This document shows, piece after piece, positions 11,769-37,787 of a stretch of DNA of 64,000 nt. The position numbers and the translations under genes are program-made. A model generated the notes under the pieces. That model was not told the DNA's origin and did no database searches. It was given only the letters and a program-made list of their open reading frames with translations. The first letter of the stretch is position 1; each line of letters starts with the position of its first letter. Source of the DNA: Amoebidium appalachense (lineage: Eukaryota; Protista; Ichthyosporea); NCBI GenBank assembly GCA_963693365.1, contig CAVNZM010000001.1, forward strand, positions 19,166,125 through 19,230,124. Direction: 5' to 3'.

Positions 11769-12251
11769 GTAGGGCGTAGGGGGCCCCCCGGCAGATTCGG
11801 CCTTCTTTGACAACCTGGCCTTTTGGTTGGCTGGGGTGGGATTACGACCACGATATGGGGTCTGAGGGGAAGCTAACACTGGAGTTTACACACTATAGCG
11901 ATGTGGGTTTGAGGAGATTTGTTAAACGAATCGGATTGCGCGGTTGCGAAGTTTCGCTAATGAATTGGTTAGCAGCGGGCTAATCAGAAGCTTAGATTGT
12001 ACGGGTTGCAGAAATGGCTTCGTGACGCGTGATAGTCAAGCAACCAGAAGGCGTGGTTGTGAAAGTTGGCTAATGAGCGTTAATTCCAGAGTTACTTGCA
12101 ACAACCGGACGAAATGATTGGGTAGGCGTTTGCTCTTGTATGATTGGAAGAAAATCATTAACAGTGATTCGCCAGGTCTAAAATACTCTGGATCTGGGGG
12201 GGTATAAAAAGCGTAAACACGATAGTTCGCTTCAGTTTGTGACGCAGCACA

Positions 12252-13353
12252 ATGCCGCCGAAGCAAAGTAGAGGCAAACAGAAGAAAGTCGTACTGCCTC
12301 CTTGTGGCAGTGGCGAGTATGGAATTGCCAGCATAAGCCTGAACATAACGAATTCGGGTGGGAATGTGCCTCCAGTGTGGTATGATCATGCGTGCGATTT
12401 TGCAAGACAATTTGCCACAAAGGGAGCTACTGCATTGGAGAGGGGCAAAAGTGCGGGCAATTTGCATGTTCAGGCTGTGTGGAAGATTCGGATCCCTGGT
12501 GGTAGGAAAGGTGTTGATTATTTGAAAAAACAGTTGAAGAGTTACATTAATCCGCCTGAAGATGATGAAAACATTTCTATGCGGATGAGTGCGAAACGAT
12601 TGAATGAGACTGGGGGCCAGAAATTTGACGAGATGATCGCATATGTTGCGAAAGATACGGGAGATCCAGATTTCAGATTTTGTTTCTATTGGACGTGTCA
12701 GACGAGGAGGTGAATAGCGCCAATGCGAAATATGCTATACACAAGAAGGATTGGACGGAAGGGAAGCAAATCATTTCCAGGAAATCAATCTTGAAGCTTG
12801 CCTATGGCTTCTATCATTACTAGATGTGGCAGGTAGAGTGCCCATCTTTGCCAGAAGTTCTGTGGCTCATGCTGCAGTCTGGTCGGTTCGCTGTGTCAGT
12901 GGAGAAATGATGACAGCGGGCTATGGGAAAGCATTTGATGCCGAGAGATTGGGAATTTTGGGATGGGAAACGATCCACCGGCCACACACATTGACCAGGC
13001 AAGATGTCGTTCGGATGTTTTTTGATCATGGTGGCTCGCAGTGTGTATATTATGCGTATGAGTCGTTGCTGGAAGCGGCGAGAAACACGCGTGGGAGTTA
13101 TAGGGATGTCATGAAGTATTGTGCCGATGTTCGGAGACACAGACACATGGACGTGGTTCAGGACGCGCAACGCATGCCACCAGCTGATGTGACGGCGAAC
13201 TATCCTTATCATTTTGGCCCGAAAATCCATTACGAGGCTCACGACTACCAGCAGCAACAGGACTTTGTAGAACGTGATGGGCATATTTTTGCAGACGTGC
13301 GAGAAGAATCTGGGAGTGAGCCAATGGAGTGGTCAGACAACGATCACGAATAG
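12252..13353 (+). pseudogene. Replitron-type Y1 HUH endonuclease transposase, disrupted
   Basis: Motif I-like ISLNI, motif II LERGKSAGNLHVQAV and motif III EMIAYVAKDTGDPDF. After a frameshift at about 12685 it reads DVSDEEVNSANAKY...KQIISRKSILKLAYGF (TAG at 12821-12823) ...LPEVLWLMLQSGRF. After a frameshift at about 12900 it reads FDAERLGILGWETIHRPHTLTRQDVVRMFF, matching my recollection of the Replitron C-terminal domain. No helicase motifs are seen. Confidence 0.8.
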
Positions 13354-13659
13354 TGAGTCGTTTTTTTTTTCGTGTGCGCGATGTTGAACATCTCTAGCCA
13401 TTGATCTTAATAGTGATAATGTAGGGCGTAATAGTGCACGTGGCTTGAGCGTTGTATAACATGTTTTTCTCGGTACCTGCATGTATAGGCTGGTCTGTAT
13501 CGTTTTATTGTAGCTTTGGATTGGCTGGCTGCAAGTGGTGACTGATTCAGACGCAGGGTCGTGCGGCTTCAGTTTTCGATTGGCTTGCAAGGTTCTGGCA
13601 GACGAAAAGACCGTAACAGTTGCTATCAACTTCGGATGAACCCTTGCTGCATATTCCAT

Positions 13660-14745
<1,086 letters not shown>

Positions 14746-15016
14746 AAGGATTTGCAGAAAGGTGCATGGGGATGTTGTGGGATGTAGACGGGCCTGCATT
14801 TTTTTCTTTTGTTTTGTTTTGTTCTTTTTGTGTGTGTGTGGGAGGGAGATTATGGAAAAGCCCATTTTTACAGTTTCAGGTTTAAGAAAACCCTAAGTGC
14901 TGGAGAGAATTATTGGGTTTTTTAATGCTAATAATAACTGCAGGTTGATATAGAAATGAACTTGAGGAGGTAATAGAAGGGACCGTGGTGTAAATGAGTG
15001 GGTAGGCGTGTGTCCG

Positions 15017-15049
<33 letters not shown>

Positions 15050-15337
15050 CAACAAAAAAAAAAAAAAAAAAAAGAAGAAAAGAAAAGAAAAGAAAGAAAG
15101 AAAGAAAGAAAAGAAAACAGAAAAACAAAGAAAGAGATCACGACTCGAGAGAAGCATGAAAAGCAAGAAAGAAAAGAAGCGAAAGAAAGCACACAGTAAC
15201 CAAGGAATAACTGCTCCAAAAAGGGGTGGTGTGGACTGAGTCGTTAACAAAACATTTGAAACAATACTTGTGAGCTGGAGCCCTTGGCCTCCGCATATCT
15301 AGCTGCCAGCCTAGTACACAGGGATATGTTTGCATCC

Positions 15338-15387
<50 letters not shown>

Positions 15388-15609
15388 CGCAAAAAAAAAA
15401 AAAAGGAATATCGTTAACTTACTTCAATATGATGATACTGAATTTGGAATCAAAAAAGAAACAACACGAACGACGAGTAGACACCCTCAGTCATGCAAAG
15501 ATCTACGTTGCCACACACAAAATAGGAATGAATTCAGCCAGAAACCAGCAATGTTCGAATCGTAGGCCATATTGTGCACCCAGGGTGGGGGGGGGGGGAG
15601 GGGGGGAGA

Positions 15610-15670
<61 letters not shown>

Positions 15671-16451
15671 ATGGTGTGTGTATATGGGGCCTCGGAGCCC
15701 TGGGTGCCCTTGGGAGGTGTGGGCGGGGAGGCGAGACCGGAGGTTTGGCCATACCATGTACCACCATCATAGTGTGCACACTCCTTTGGAATATGTGGAG
15801 AGCAGTCATCGGATTACGCCTGAATTGCACTGCATACACTCTTTGGCCGATGGTGGTGGTGGTGGCGGGGTGAGATGCCGGGGGGTTGGGGGGAGGGGGG
15901 GGGCGGTTGGTCCGAAATTGAACGTGTGTGGCACAGTCTGTGCCATTCACATCGCGAGCCCAACTTGCCCCGTACATGGCTTCATGATATATGTATGGTT
16001 TTGAATTTTATGTAACTGGCCGACCATCGGATAAGTTGTATATATTTCAACATTCATATATATTCATAATGATATGATATTCACATATATTCACATATAT
16101 TTGTATATATATACATATATTCATATCCGGATATTTACATGTATTAACATGTCACTGAGTTATACATATTCAACGGTTTGCAGGTGACCCCTCTGTGTTT
16201 CGACCTCCCAATGTCATAGTAGACCATCCAACACTTCACCGCTTTCCAATGGCAAAGCTTGCAAACTCCGGCTGTTCCCCCTAACCCCCCCTCCCCCCCC
16301 CCCCTCCCCTCCCCCCCCCCCCTTCCCCTCCCCCCCCCCCCCCCCCCCACACACACACACAAAAAAAAATCACCACCACCACCACCACCACGACCAAGCC
16401 ACTGCCTGGTGAACTTGGAACTCGGAGGGAAGGGCGGGAGGGGGGGGAGGT

Positions 16452-16482
<31 letters not shown>

Positions 16483-18009
16483 TGCCACTCTACCCTCGAC
16501 ACAGACATACATACGCATACACACACACGCACCGTGCATCACACACACACACACACCCCCCACCACCACCACCACCACCCCTTGCGCCACCACCAAAGCT
16601 CAACATTCACAAACACCCTCACTTGGCAATAGTAAATGCATATCCTGCCAGCTACCCAGATCAACATTCCCATGGTGCGTGCACATGTCTGTGCTCCGAT
16701 GCCAGTTGATCATATGCATGAACTTGGACCTGCACGTCTTTAGCAAAAGACAACCTGCCCCCCCTCCCCTCCCCCCCCCCCCCCCCCCCCCCCCTCCCCT
16801 TGGTTATCCCCCTTCGATTAATTAACCAGTCTCAGATCTAATTGGGTCAAAAAATTGGGCTTAGAATCTGGGCTAAATACTATGATCTCCTTTTCTTTTT
16901 CTTTTCTTTTCTTTCCTTTTTCTTTTTTTCTTTCTTTTCTTTTTTGTTTTGGGGGGGGGTGTGTGGGGGGGGGGGGGGAGGGGGGAGGGGGGAGCTCGAT
17001 ATCGAGATGATGATGGATATATATGAGGGACCTGAAAATTATAACCTAGTACTCCGTTCCAAAAAGTTTTATTTCAAGATATCTTTTACAGATTGGTTAC
17101 CAGAGTATTGCTATGCCGGCAGCTGTTGTGAACTATGTATGTTCATCCAGCATTGGCTTTATTAGAAGGTGATTTGGCAGGGCCTACGCAGCAGTGATTT
17201 CAGTGCATCTTTCTACGTACATGTGCCAGTTCCAATATGATATTCGAACAGGGTTGGCCGTCTACACCTCGGAACCATGGATGCATGAAATTGTGTGAGT
17301 GTCGTAGGTGCACCTTGGAGACCCAGGTGTACACAGCGAGAACCAGTGTGACTGGCATTTATATAGTAATAGAGTGCCTTTGGATGGAAAGTTTGTATGT
17401 AAGGTGTGTGTGTGCGCGCACGTGCACTGATGTGTGTGCGAGAAAGTCTACCATGCAGGCGCATAATAACCAGAGAGCATGTGTGTGTGAACCACTGTGT
17501 GCGAGCGTGTGGTTACTCTGTGAGACGCACATCAAAGGTTGCCGCTCACTTCTCGAGTACATGCGTGTGAGAAAACCTATCTGTGGCAGTATAGCTGATG
17601 TACTGCGGTACACAAACAGCGTGTGGTTAGTTAGAGAACATAAAAACAGTGTACTGTAAAAAATGTCTCTTATTAAAATTATTAAATCTAATTTAGTATC
17701 TTAATGTACAGTATTGTCCCATACGATTGCCAACGGTTTCATATCTCTCAGGTTATAAACACAGATATGCTCTAGTTACCCAACCAGGGGCTTAGAACCA
17801 ATCACAGACCGGCATTAAAACGTGTTCATCTCCAGTACATACCGGCAACAAAACATGCACGGCACAACAACACAGCTTCATCTCTTGAACAGCTACATAC
17901 CTATGTACAGGGATGCTATTTCTCTTTCTATTCTCTCCGTGTCATTAAAACTTTAATATTAAGTGTAGGCTAAGCCAATATACCTCCATTATTTTCAGCC
18001 ACACCCCAA

Positions 18010-23018
<5,009 letters not shown>

Positions 23019-23835
23019 GGTTGCTTACTAAAGACGGTCACAAACCACGCTATCTTTTTCTGTCTGAACTAGCTAATAACTTAGCGCTGCTGTTGTTTGG
23101 GACAACTTAAAGTCTAATAGCCGCAGTTTGAACACAACACAAGCTGAAGTTGAGTGAAGTGCTGCAACCGCTGGCGAGCAGCTGTATTTAACAGCACGGT
23201 GACGGTATGTAAATTATCAAGAATTTCGATTTCTGATTGGTGACTGTTCTTCCTAATTTGTTAGGTATAAAATACTCAGCCAATCAGCGCGCACTCGAAT
23301 GCATTCCTTCGTTTCCTTGCAATCCCCTTGAACACTCGCGGCATGTATGTACATGTATCGGTTCAATTCGGTTGTCCACTGTGTTAACTATTAAGTTGAC
23401 TATCAAAAGAAATAACAAACAAGAGTTAAATGGAAAAGACTATATCATAGCGTGTGTCTTTTGGGTGGAATGACATGTTGGCCCACATCCAGTGACAAAC
23501 AGCCAGCTGCCAGCTGGTGCAGGAGACATAATCAAAATTTTGCCTACTGTAACAGTGATATCATTGGCTTGGTACTTTTATGCAGTTACCAATCAGAATC
23601 TTACAAATTGTACGATACAACGATATGCCTCTGACCTGTCATCCAATAAGCTGGCTTCAACTTTTACACTAAGTGCGGGATGATCCCGCCAAAACTTCCA
23701 CATGTGGGGCGTATCCTCTGTGTCGTGTCCCATATTTTTTTTTAATTTATAATGACGCATGATTACAATCATATGCATTACTTCCAAAACAAGCTAAGCC
23801 AACTCATTAGTAAACATAATAACGTCATTATTCTA

Positions 23836-23836
<1 letters not shown>

Positions 23837-23883
<47 letters not shown>
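23837..23883. repeat. (TA)n microsatellite
   Basis: Directly visible. Confidence 0.95.
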
Positions 23884-23886
<3 letters not shown>

Positions 23887-24089
23887 TCGTGAAATCAAAA
23901 CTGGGCAGGCGTTTTTTCAAGTGTACCCGAACAACAGTTTGGAGGGATCCACAGCACGTAGATCTGTCCATTCAAACGTAACCAACATTAGGTAACACAG
24001 TGTGCATGTGGCCCTCACAGATGGCAGGCTGGCAGGCTGGCGGGACGGCAGGCGGACGGAAGGAGACCAAGGGAGGTAGGGGGGAGAGG

Positions 24090-24775
<686 letters not shown>

Positions 24776-24880
24776 GAGGGAAGACATTAATCCGTTGCAT
24801 AGCTCGTACTAGTAGCATCGGGTATTCTTTGATGAAACGCGCGGCCGCGAGGGGGGAGGGGTGACTGAGTGTCTGGGAGG

Positions 24881-24934
<54 letters not shown>

Positions 24935-25692
24935 TGTGTGTGATCATGAGGAGAGGGAGGTGGGGGAGGGAGGGGGGGGGGGGGGGGGGGGGGGAGGAGG
25001 GGCCCACCGGTACCTGTGCCACCGGTATTACTTACCCCGGGCCCTCCGGATCCGGATCCCCGCCCCCGTCCTCTCCTCCCCCGGTTTGGCGGTGCAGTGA
25101 CGGATGGGACTTTTTTAGGCAGCATCGATCAGCTTACAAGATGACTTTGAAAAGGTATGTATCAGGCAAACACCTCCCCTCTCTCCCCCTGCCCCCCTCT
25201 CCCCTTCCTTTTCTTTCCTCTGGATCTATGCCTCCTGGGGCCCCTAAGGTTTCAAGAGTCTTACACAAAGAGGACTCCAGTGAGGCTTTAAGTCTGTTAC
25301 TTGTTTCTTTCTCGCTACACTGGCACACACCGTTACTCACCATGGCAGTCACACACACAATGGCACACCACACACACAGTCACATTTGTCTCATAATGAG
25401 GCTCAAGCTTGCCCGCGCACACACTGGCGCCTGCATTCATGCACCGTTGCACACACAGATCAACCGACAGAGACAAACATCTGGACACATCGACACATCC
25501 ACAGTGTCACACTCACCGTAACCCGAGTCGGCCTAGTAGGCAGCAAGTTGGGAGAGCAACACACGCAAGCACAGTCACATACACACCGTCACTGTCATAC
25601 TGTACCACAAAAACACTCCTGTCACTTTGAAATATATGCGCGCGCTTGCACACACGCACACATACGTGCTCACGCGCGCACACACACACACC

Positions 25693-25731
<39 letters not shown>

Positions 25732-26244
25732 TGACAAATACACACACAGAGAGACAGACACATTCACGCATGCATTAAGACACACGAAAGCACGCGCGCG
25801 CGCACGCGCACATAGTGTCGTACACACACAGGCAGACACAAGCATGCACACACATGCACAACTGCACACGCATCATACACACACGTGCACACGGTGACAT
25901 TCTAACCCACATATATGTGGCACACTGACAGAAAACTTCTGTGTGCTTGTGTATGCCCCGACTAGTATACACACAACCACAACTGACGACACTGCCTGTG
26001 ACTGTCACCGTGGCACGGGCACACACAGAACCTCTTGGCATAAACATAATTCGGATGCCCACAGCACACACACACACACACACACACTTTGAAAGCAGTG
26101 ACATAAGGACACGAATATGGTCACAAAATTGCAACCAGAAAAACAAATTTATGCACTGGTACGTTATTTTCCATAAACTGGCTTGCATGGCACACGTACA
26201 TCGCACATACCGTTGAAAATTGGCACACACACAGGCGTGTTCGT

Positions 26245-26285
<41 letters not shown>

Positions 26286-26296
26286 CACACACACCG

Positions 26297-26344
<48 letters not shown>

Positions 26345-26348
26345 ACAC

Positions 26349-26423
<75 letters not shown>

Positions 26424-27429
26424 CAGCTGTTTGCACTCCCCGGGTAGTGACCACTCATCCCCCCCCCCCCCCCCCCCCCCTCCCCCCCCCCCTCCCCGCC
26501 TCCCCCCCAGCTCAGTCTCCTACCCCACTTCACCGTGCTGTTACCACACACCCCTTCATTATGCACATGTTGTCATCTATCGATGTTGTTAACCGCTCAT
26601 CTGGATACATCACTGTGCATGAATGTAGTACCACATGCCCATTTCGAAAACAACCAAATTTGAAAAATCTCGCATCCCCCCTTCCCGACTCTCCCTCACT
26701 TTACTATCCTCCCCCCTCCCCCCGCCCCCTCCCCCCCCCCCCCCTTCCCCCCCCCCCCCCTCCCCCTCTCCCCGCTCCGCCCGGGGCTCCAGCTCGCCCG
26801 CCTTCCCACCTGCTTACCCGGAACGATAGTGGGCCATCTGGTTCTAGGATGTCACGATGGATTCGGATACTGGACCCACCTAATAGAACTCTGAGGGGGG
26901 GGGTGGCGGATGTTAAGAATTGTAACTGTGTAGCTATTCCTGAGGATGGGAAGAAAGCTGCAGGAAAGCATACTACGTTGGAGTGGGAGGAGGTACCCGG
27001 AGGGGGGAGGGGGGGAGGGGGGGGGGGGGGGGTGAAGGGGGAGGGAGGAACGGTAAAGCCTTATTAGGGTGGGGTGGAGCTCGAACTCAATTTCCTCCAT
27101 CGAAGTGTTGTCGATGTCACGGCTTATTCACGGTGAACACTTATTTATTCACATGGTGTTGTCTCCATAGGGCAGGTGCAGCCCAGCCCCCCCCTCCCCT
27201 CTCCCCCCACCCCTTCTTCCTCTCCCCTCCCCCCCTCCCCCCCCTCCCCCCCCCCCCCCCCCCTGTTCCCTCCTCACCCTCCCATCTCCGTGCCCTCCCC
27301 AGAGCCCCTTCGACGTTCCTCGCCTGGTGAGGAACCTCCTGTGACCACCACGCTGTGATGATTTTAGACCTACACAATAATGCTTTCTCACAGGCTTTAG
27401 ATATAAGCTGGCTAATAATAACTAACCTC

Positions 27430-27540
27430 CAAATCTCCCCCCCCTCCTCCCCCCCCCCCCCCTCCCCCCCCCCCTCCTCCCCTCCTCTCCGACACCCTCT
27501 TTTCCTCTGCCACTCTGTGCTCTCTCTCTCTCTCTTCTCT

Positions 27541-27636
<96 letters not shown>

Positions 27637-27745
27637 CCCTCTCCCCCCCCCCCCCCCCCCCCCCCGAGTCTCTCTCTCTCTCTCTCTCTCTCTTCTCCCC
27701 CCCCCTCCCCCCTTCTCTTTCCCCCTCCCCCCCCCCCCCTCCTTT

Positions 27746-27798
<53 letters not shown>

Positions 27799-27800
27799 AG

Positions 27801-27854
<54 letters not shown>

Positions 27855-27900
27855 CCCCCCTCCCCTTCCGCCTCTCTCTCTTTCTCTCTCTCTCTCCCTC

Positions 27901-27932
<32 letters not shown>
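27430..27932. repeat. (CT)n/poly-C block
   Basis: Directly visible. Confidence 0.95.
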
Positions 27933-28564
27933 TGCTGCTGAACCACGTCGATATATATATGATGCATCGTCGGCAAAACCAACTGACTGGCAAGGAGTCC
28001 GAGCTACAAAGTCTTTTCTGCACTGGCAGAACTATTCTCAGACTGCAAAATGCAAAATTATTCTGCAAAAGCCGACACAAGCAGGTAGTGTTCTGCTCAG
28101 GGGCAGCACCATTCTGCCGCAGCTTGTGATGTTTTTGAGATCAGCTCTTTGCCTCGAGTAAACAGCGTAAACCCCATATGATAATATCCATTCTTTTTTT
28201 GCATTGTTTCACAACGTTATAAGCGGGACAGTTGCTCACGGCAGCCGATAAACTTCATCCAAGCCGCAATTCTGCCATGTGCCCATGTCTGCATGATGTA
28301 GGGCTTTTTGCTAAAGAACAGCGAAACTTTGCAGACCACGCGTGTGCTGAATTCGAAGTGAACTTGAATCCTGCTTTTTGCGGAGGAATAATTCTACAAC
28401 GCATTTCTGCTCGAAGCCAGTGGACTCTGCCGGTGTGATTATATATATCGCCTCAGGAGGCTCATAGTCTCCCATTCTCTCCCTCTCTGTCTCTCTCTCG
28501 ATCCGCGGCTCCGAGTCAGACCTTCTCTCTCTCTCTTTCTCTCTAGATAGCTCTCTCTCTCCTT

Positions 28565-28604
28565 CAAGGCCTCCTAAATAGCGTACGCTATTTAGGAGGC
28601 CTTG
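28565..28604. mobile_element. Perfect 40-bp spacerless palindrome; probable TIR-only relic of a hAT-type element
   Basis: CAAGGCCTCCTAAATAGCGT|ACGCTATTTAGGAGGCCTTG, flanked by CTCTCCTT (28557-28564) and TTCTCCTT (28605-28612), a 7/8 match to an 8-bp TSD. The flanks are low-complexity, which weakens the TSD evidence. Confidence 0.6.
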
Positions 28605-30786
28605 TTCTCCTTCGAACCAGATATCACTCTCTCTCTCTCTCTCTCTCGATCTTTCTGTAGATCCCTCCCTCTCTACCTCCTGTCTAGGCTAGTCCTTCCC
28701 CCCTCCCCCCCCCACCCCCCCTCTCTCTCTCTCTCCCCCATCCCCCCTTCCCCGCCTCCTCCTCTGGTCCTGTATAAACTGCAGTATATATATGCAACAG
28801 TGCACTCATGACACGGAAGGACATGGCGTACATGTGCCACGGTGCCTACAACATGTGCCATGCCACCGTGCACGTGACCATTACTTTGTATGAACTCAAT
28901 GGAGAATAGATCTGTTTTTATCCAATGGCATGCGTCCAGGGGCCAGGGTGTGGGTGCTGAAAAAACGCATAATTACGCATTCCTGACGTCCAATAGGTCC
29001 GATTAGCTTCTTGCAGTCGCTTTTCTGTGCACTGAATGAGCACGCGTACGTGGGATGGGAGCTATGCAGAGGAATAGATATCACAAGCTATTGCATTTAG
29101 TATTTCAATAATACCATACGCATTATTATGGCACTTATGTATGTATCTTGTTCACGCACGTGATGCCCAAAAAGAGCTTTTTCCGATGCCGGGGCTGCAG
29201 CAGGCGCCGCTATGGGCGTCCAATGAAAGCTGGCTGCCCAGTGGGGCTTGAGCTTTCAAGAATGTTAACAGAACTTACAGGTATTTCCAACAGGAAGACG
29301 CTATGACCCAGAAATAGAACAAAGATACAAATTCATAGTGCGAATTATAATGAAAACAATAATTGTTTTCTGGGCGTAAGTCAAAAGCTTATTCGAGCCG
29401 ACTGTAAGAAACAACGCATAGCTATATTTGGGACGATGCAAGGGCGCTTTTTGAATGGGTCAGCAGCACCGGGCAACATTCCAGGACTTCAGTGTCGCAT
29501 AAGTTGCTTGTAGTGTGCGTGATAAGTAGCCAATCATCTATAAAGAGTCAGGGTGACGTCAAACCTCGAGGCTCGTGTGTGCCACGGACATGGGGGTTGA
29601 TGGCAGACAACGGCATGTCATTGACGTGAACAACACTGCATCAGAATTTAGGTGCCCATGACAAAAATAGAGAGCAAGCCTGCTTTAATGACAAACTCCC
29701 AAAGTACCACAATAATCCCACTATTTTTCACATTAGACTTTGTTCGCGCTAAAAGCTCAATGTGACCTTCGAATTCTCGGATTGATATGAAAGCATTCGC
29801 CACGGGCGCCAATCAAGTGGAGTCAGGATTTATCGAATCTGCCGGCTGTATACGAACTGAACCAACATACGGAACTGTTTGTGCGTGGATCCACGGCACG
29901 CCAGAGCGCAGCGAAAGTGTGTTCCGGATCCCTGCATATCATCAGGCTGAGGCCGGAAGGTGTCTTCCACGGGCCTTATCACCGTTACAAAGTGTGTAAT
30001 ATCGCGTTCTCTTCTTCAGGGTTGTAGTTCCAAGCACGTACGTTATAGTATCATTTGCATGCTAATGTCTTTTGGCCACCCAACAACTCCCGCACGACTC
30101 CATTCAAATTGGTGTTTGCATACCGCCCATCACAATATTGAAGTTCAGACAGGTGTTTACTACTGAATATTCCATATATGCAACACCATTTTTATAAGCT
30201 ACGTTTTACGCTTAGGCCGGGCAATCTACACATGCAGTAAGACAGCCTCAAGACAAAGGCCACTGGTACACAGGAGTGGTGTCACTGACAGGCAGCAGTA
30301 TGAGAGTGAGTCTAAGTCCCCACACCCCTGCACTCTACTAGTTACAGTTATGTCCTACCCTGTCAGCGTCACCGTAAAGCCTCTCCCGTCAACCCCACAC
30401 CCCGCCTCCGAATTCCCCTCTGGCCCATGTTCCTAGGAACCAATCATGCCCCTCTCTCGACTCAGCTCTCTCATATCCCCCTTGCCGCAGTCACGTTCCT
30501 TTAATGACCATTTTCTGGTCTTATTCACGCACACACCCGAGATTCATACGGGACAGCTTTTTTTTGTTGCGGACGTAAGGGTTCCTTAGAGTTTCTGTAA
30601 CCGTGTTCGTTTCCCGAAGCTATGAACTGGGCAAACACTCCTTTGCTGTTCTTTTTCAGCTCGTCAAGCATTTCAGGCGGTAGTGGTTCTGGCAGTTCTG
30701 GTTTTTCCTTCTTTTGATGTCCTGGCCTCCTACATTCTTTCGTGTTACCTCCCTCAGTGCCACTTGTTGTGTTATCCACCTTATCC

Positions 30787-31089
30787 GCACAGTGCTTTTA
30801 TCATATTTTTGCACACAGTGCTTAATCCTTTGTGTACAGTGCTTGCATCATCTTTTGCGCACAGTGCTTATATCATCCTTTGCGCACAGTGCTTATACCA
30901 TCTTTTTGCGCACGGCGCTTCTATCATCTTTTTGCGCACGATGCTTATATCATCTTTGCGCACAGTGCTTATGTCATCTTTTTGCACACAGTGCTTACCG
31001 CAGATCCTTTTGCGCACAGCGTTACATGCGCACAGCGCTTACATGGGCACAGCGCTTACATGATCTTTTTCCTTTTGCGCATAGTGCTT

Positions 31090-31090
<1 letters not shown>
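30787..31090. repeat. Degenerate ~17-32-bp tandem array of TTTTGCGCACAGTGCTTA(TATCATC)
   Basis: About 13 copies; the core GCAC-A-GTGC is palindromic around the central base. Confidence 0.9.
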
Positions 31091-37528
<6,438 letters not shown>

Positions 37529-37728
37529 ATGTTGTTGTTGTTGTTTTTTTGTTTGGATGCCATGTTGTGGCTACGACAAGATATTTTTAATTGGGTTATG
37601 GTTGGATGAGCGAATGTAGTGCAACTTAGGAATACAATGGGAGGGTTTAGTTAGGAAAAGCTTGCTTGCAACTCACTCACGTGCATGGACTATGCTTAGC
37701 AACACACACACACAAAACACACGCATGC

Positions 37729-37787
<59 letters not shown>

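Noticed and set aside
11884-11894. GTTTACACACT matching the LINE 3' unit
   Set aside because: Isolated 11-mer with no extension; compatible with chance.
9670-13353. Single composite element with divergently transcribed RT and HUH genes
   Set aside because: The RT fragment is 5'-truncated and bounded by its own 11-bp TSD, so it is an independent insertion.
12252-13353. Helitron or complete endogenous CRESS virus
   Set aside because: No Walker A/B helicase motifs, a single catalytic Tyr motif and no recognisable capsid gene nearby.
30525-30779. 84-aa charged ORF beside the GCAC array
   Set aside because: No ATG start, no recognisable motif and no supported splice partners.
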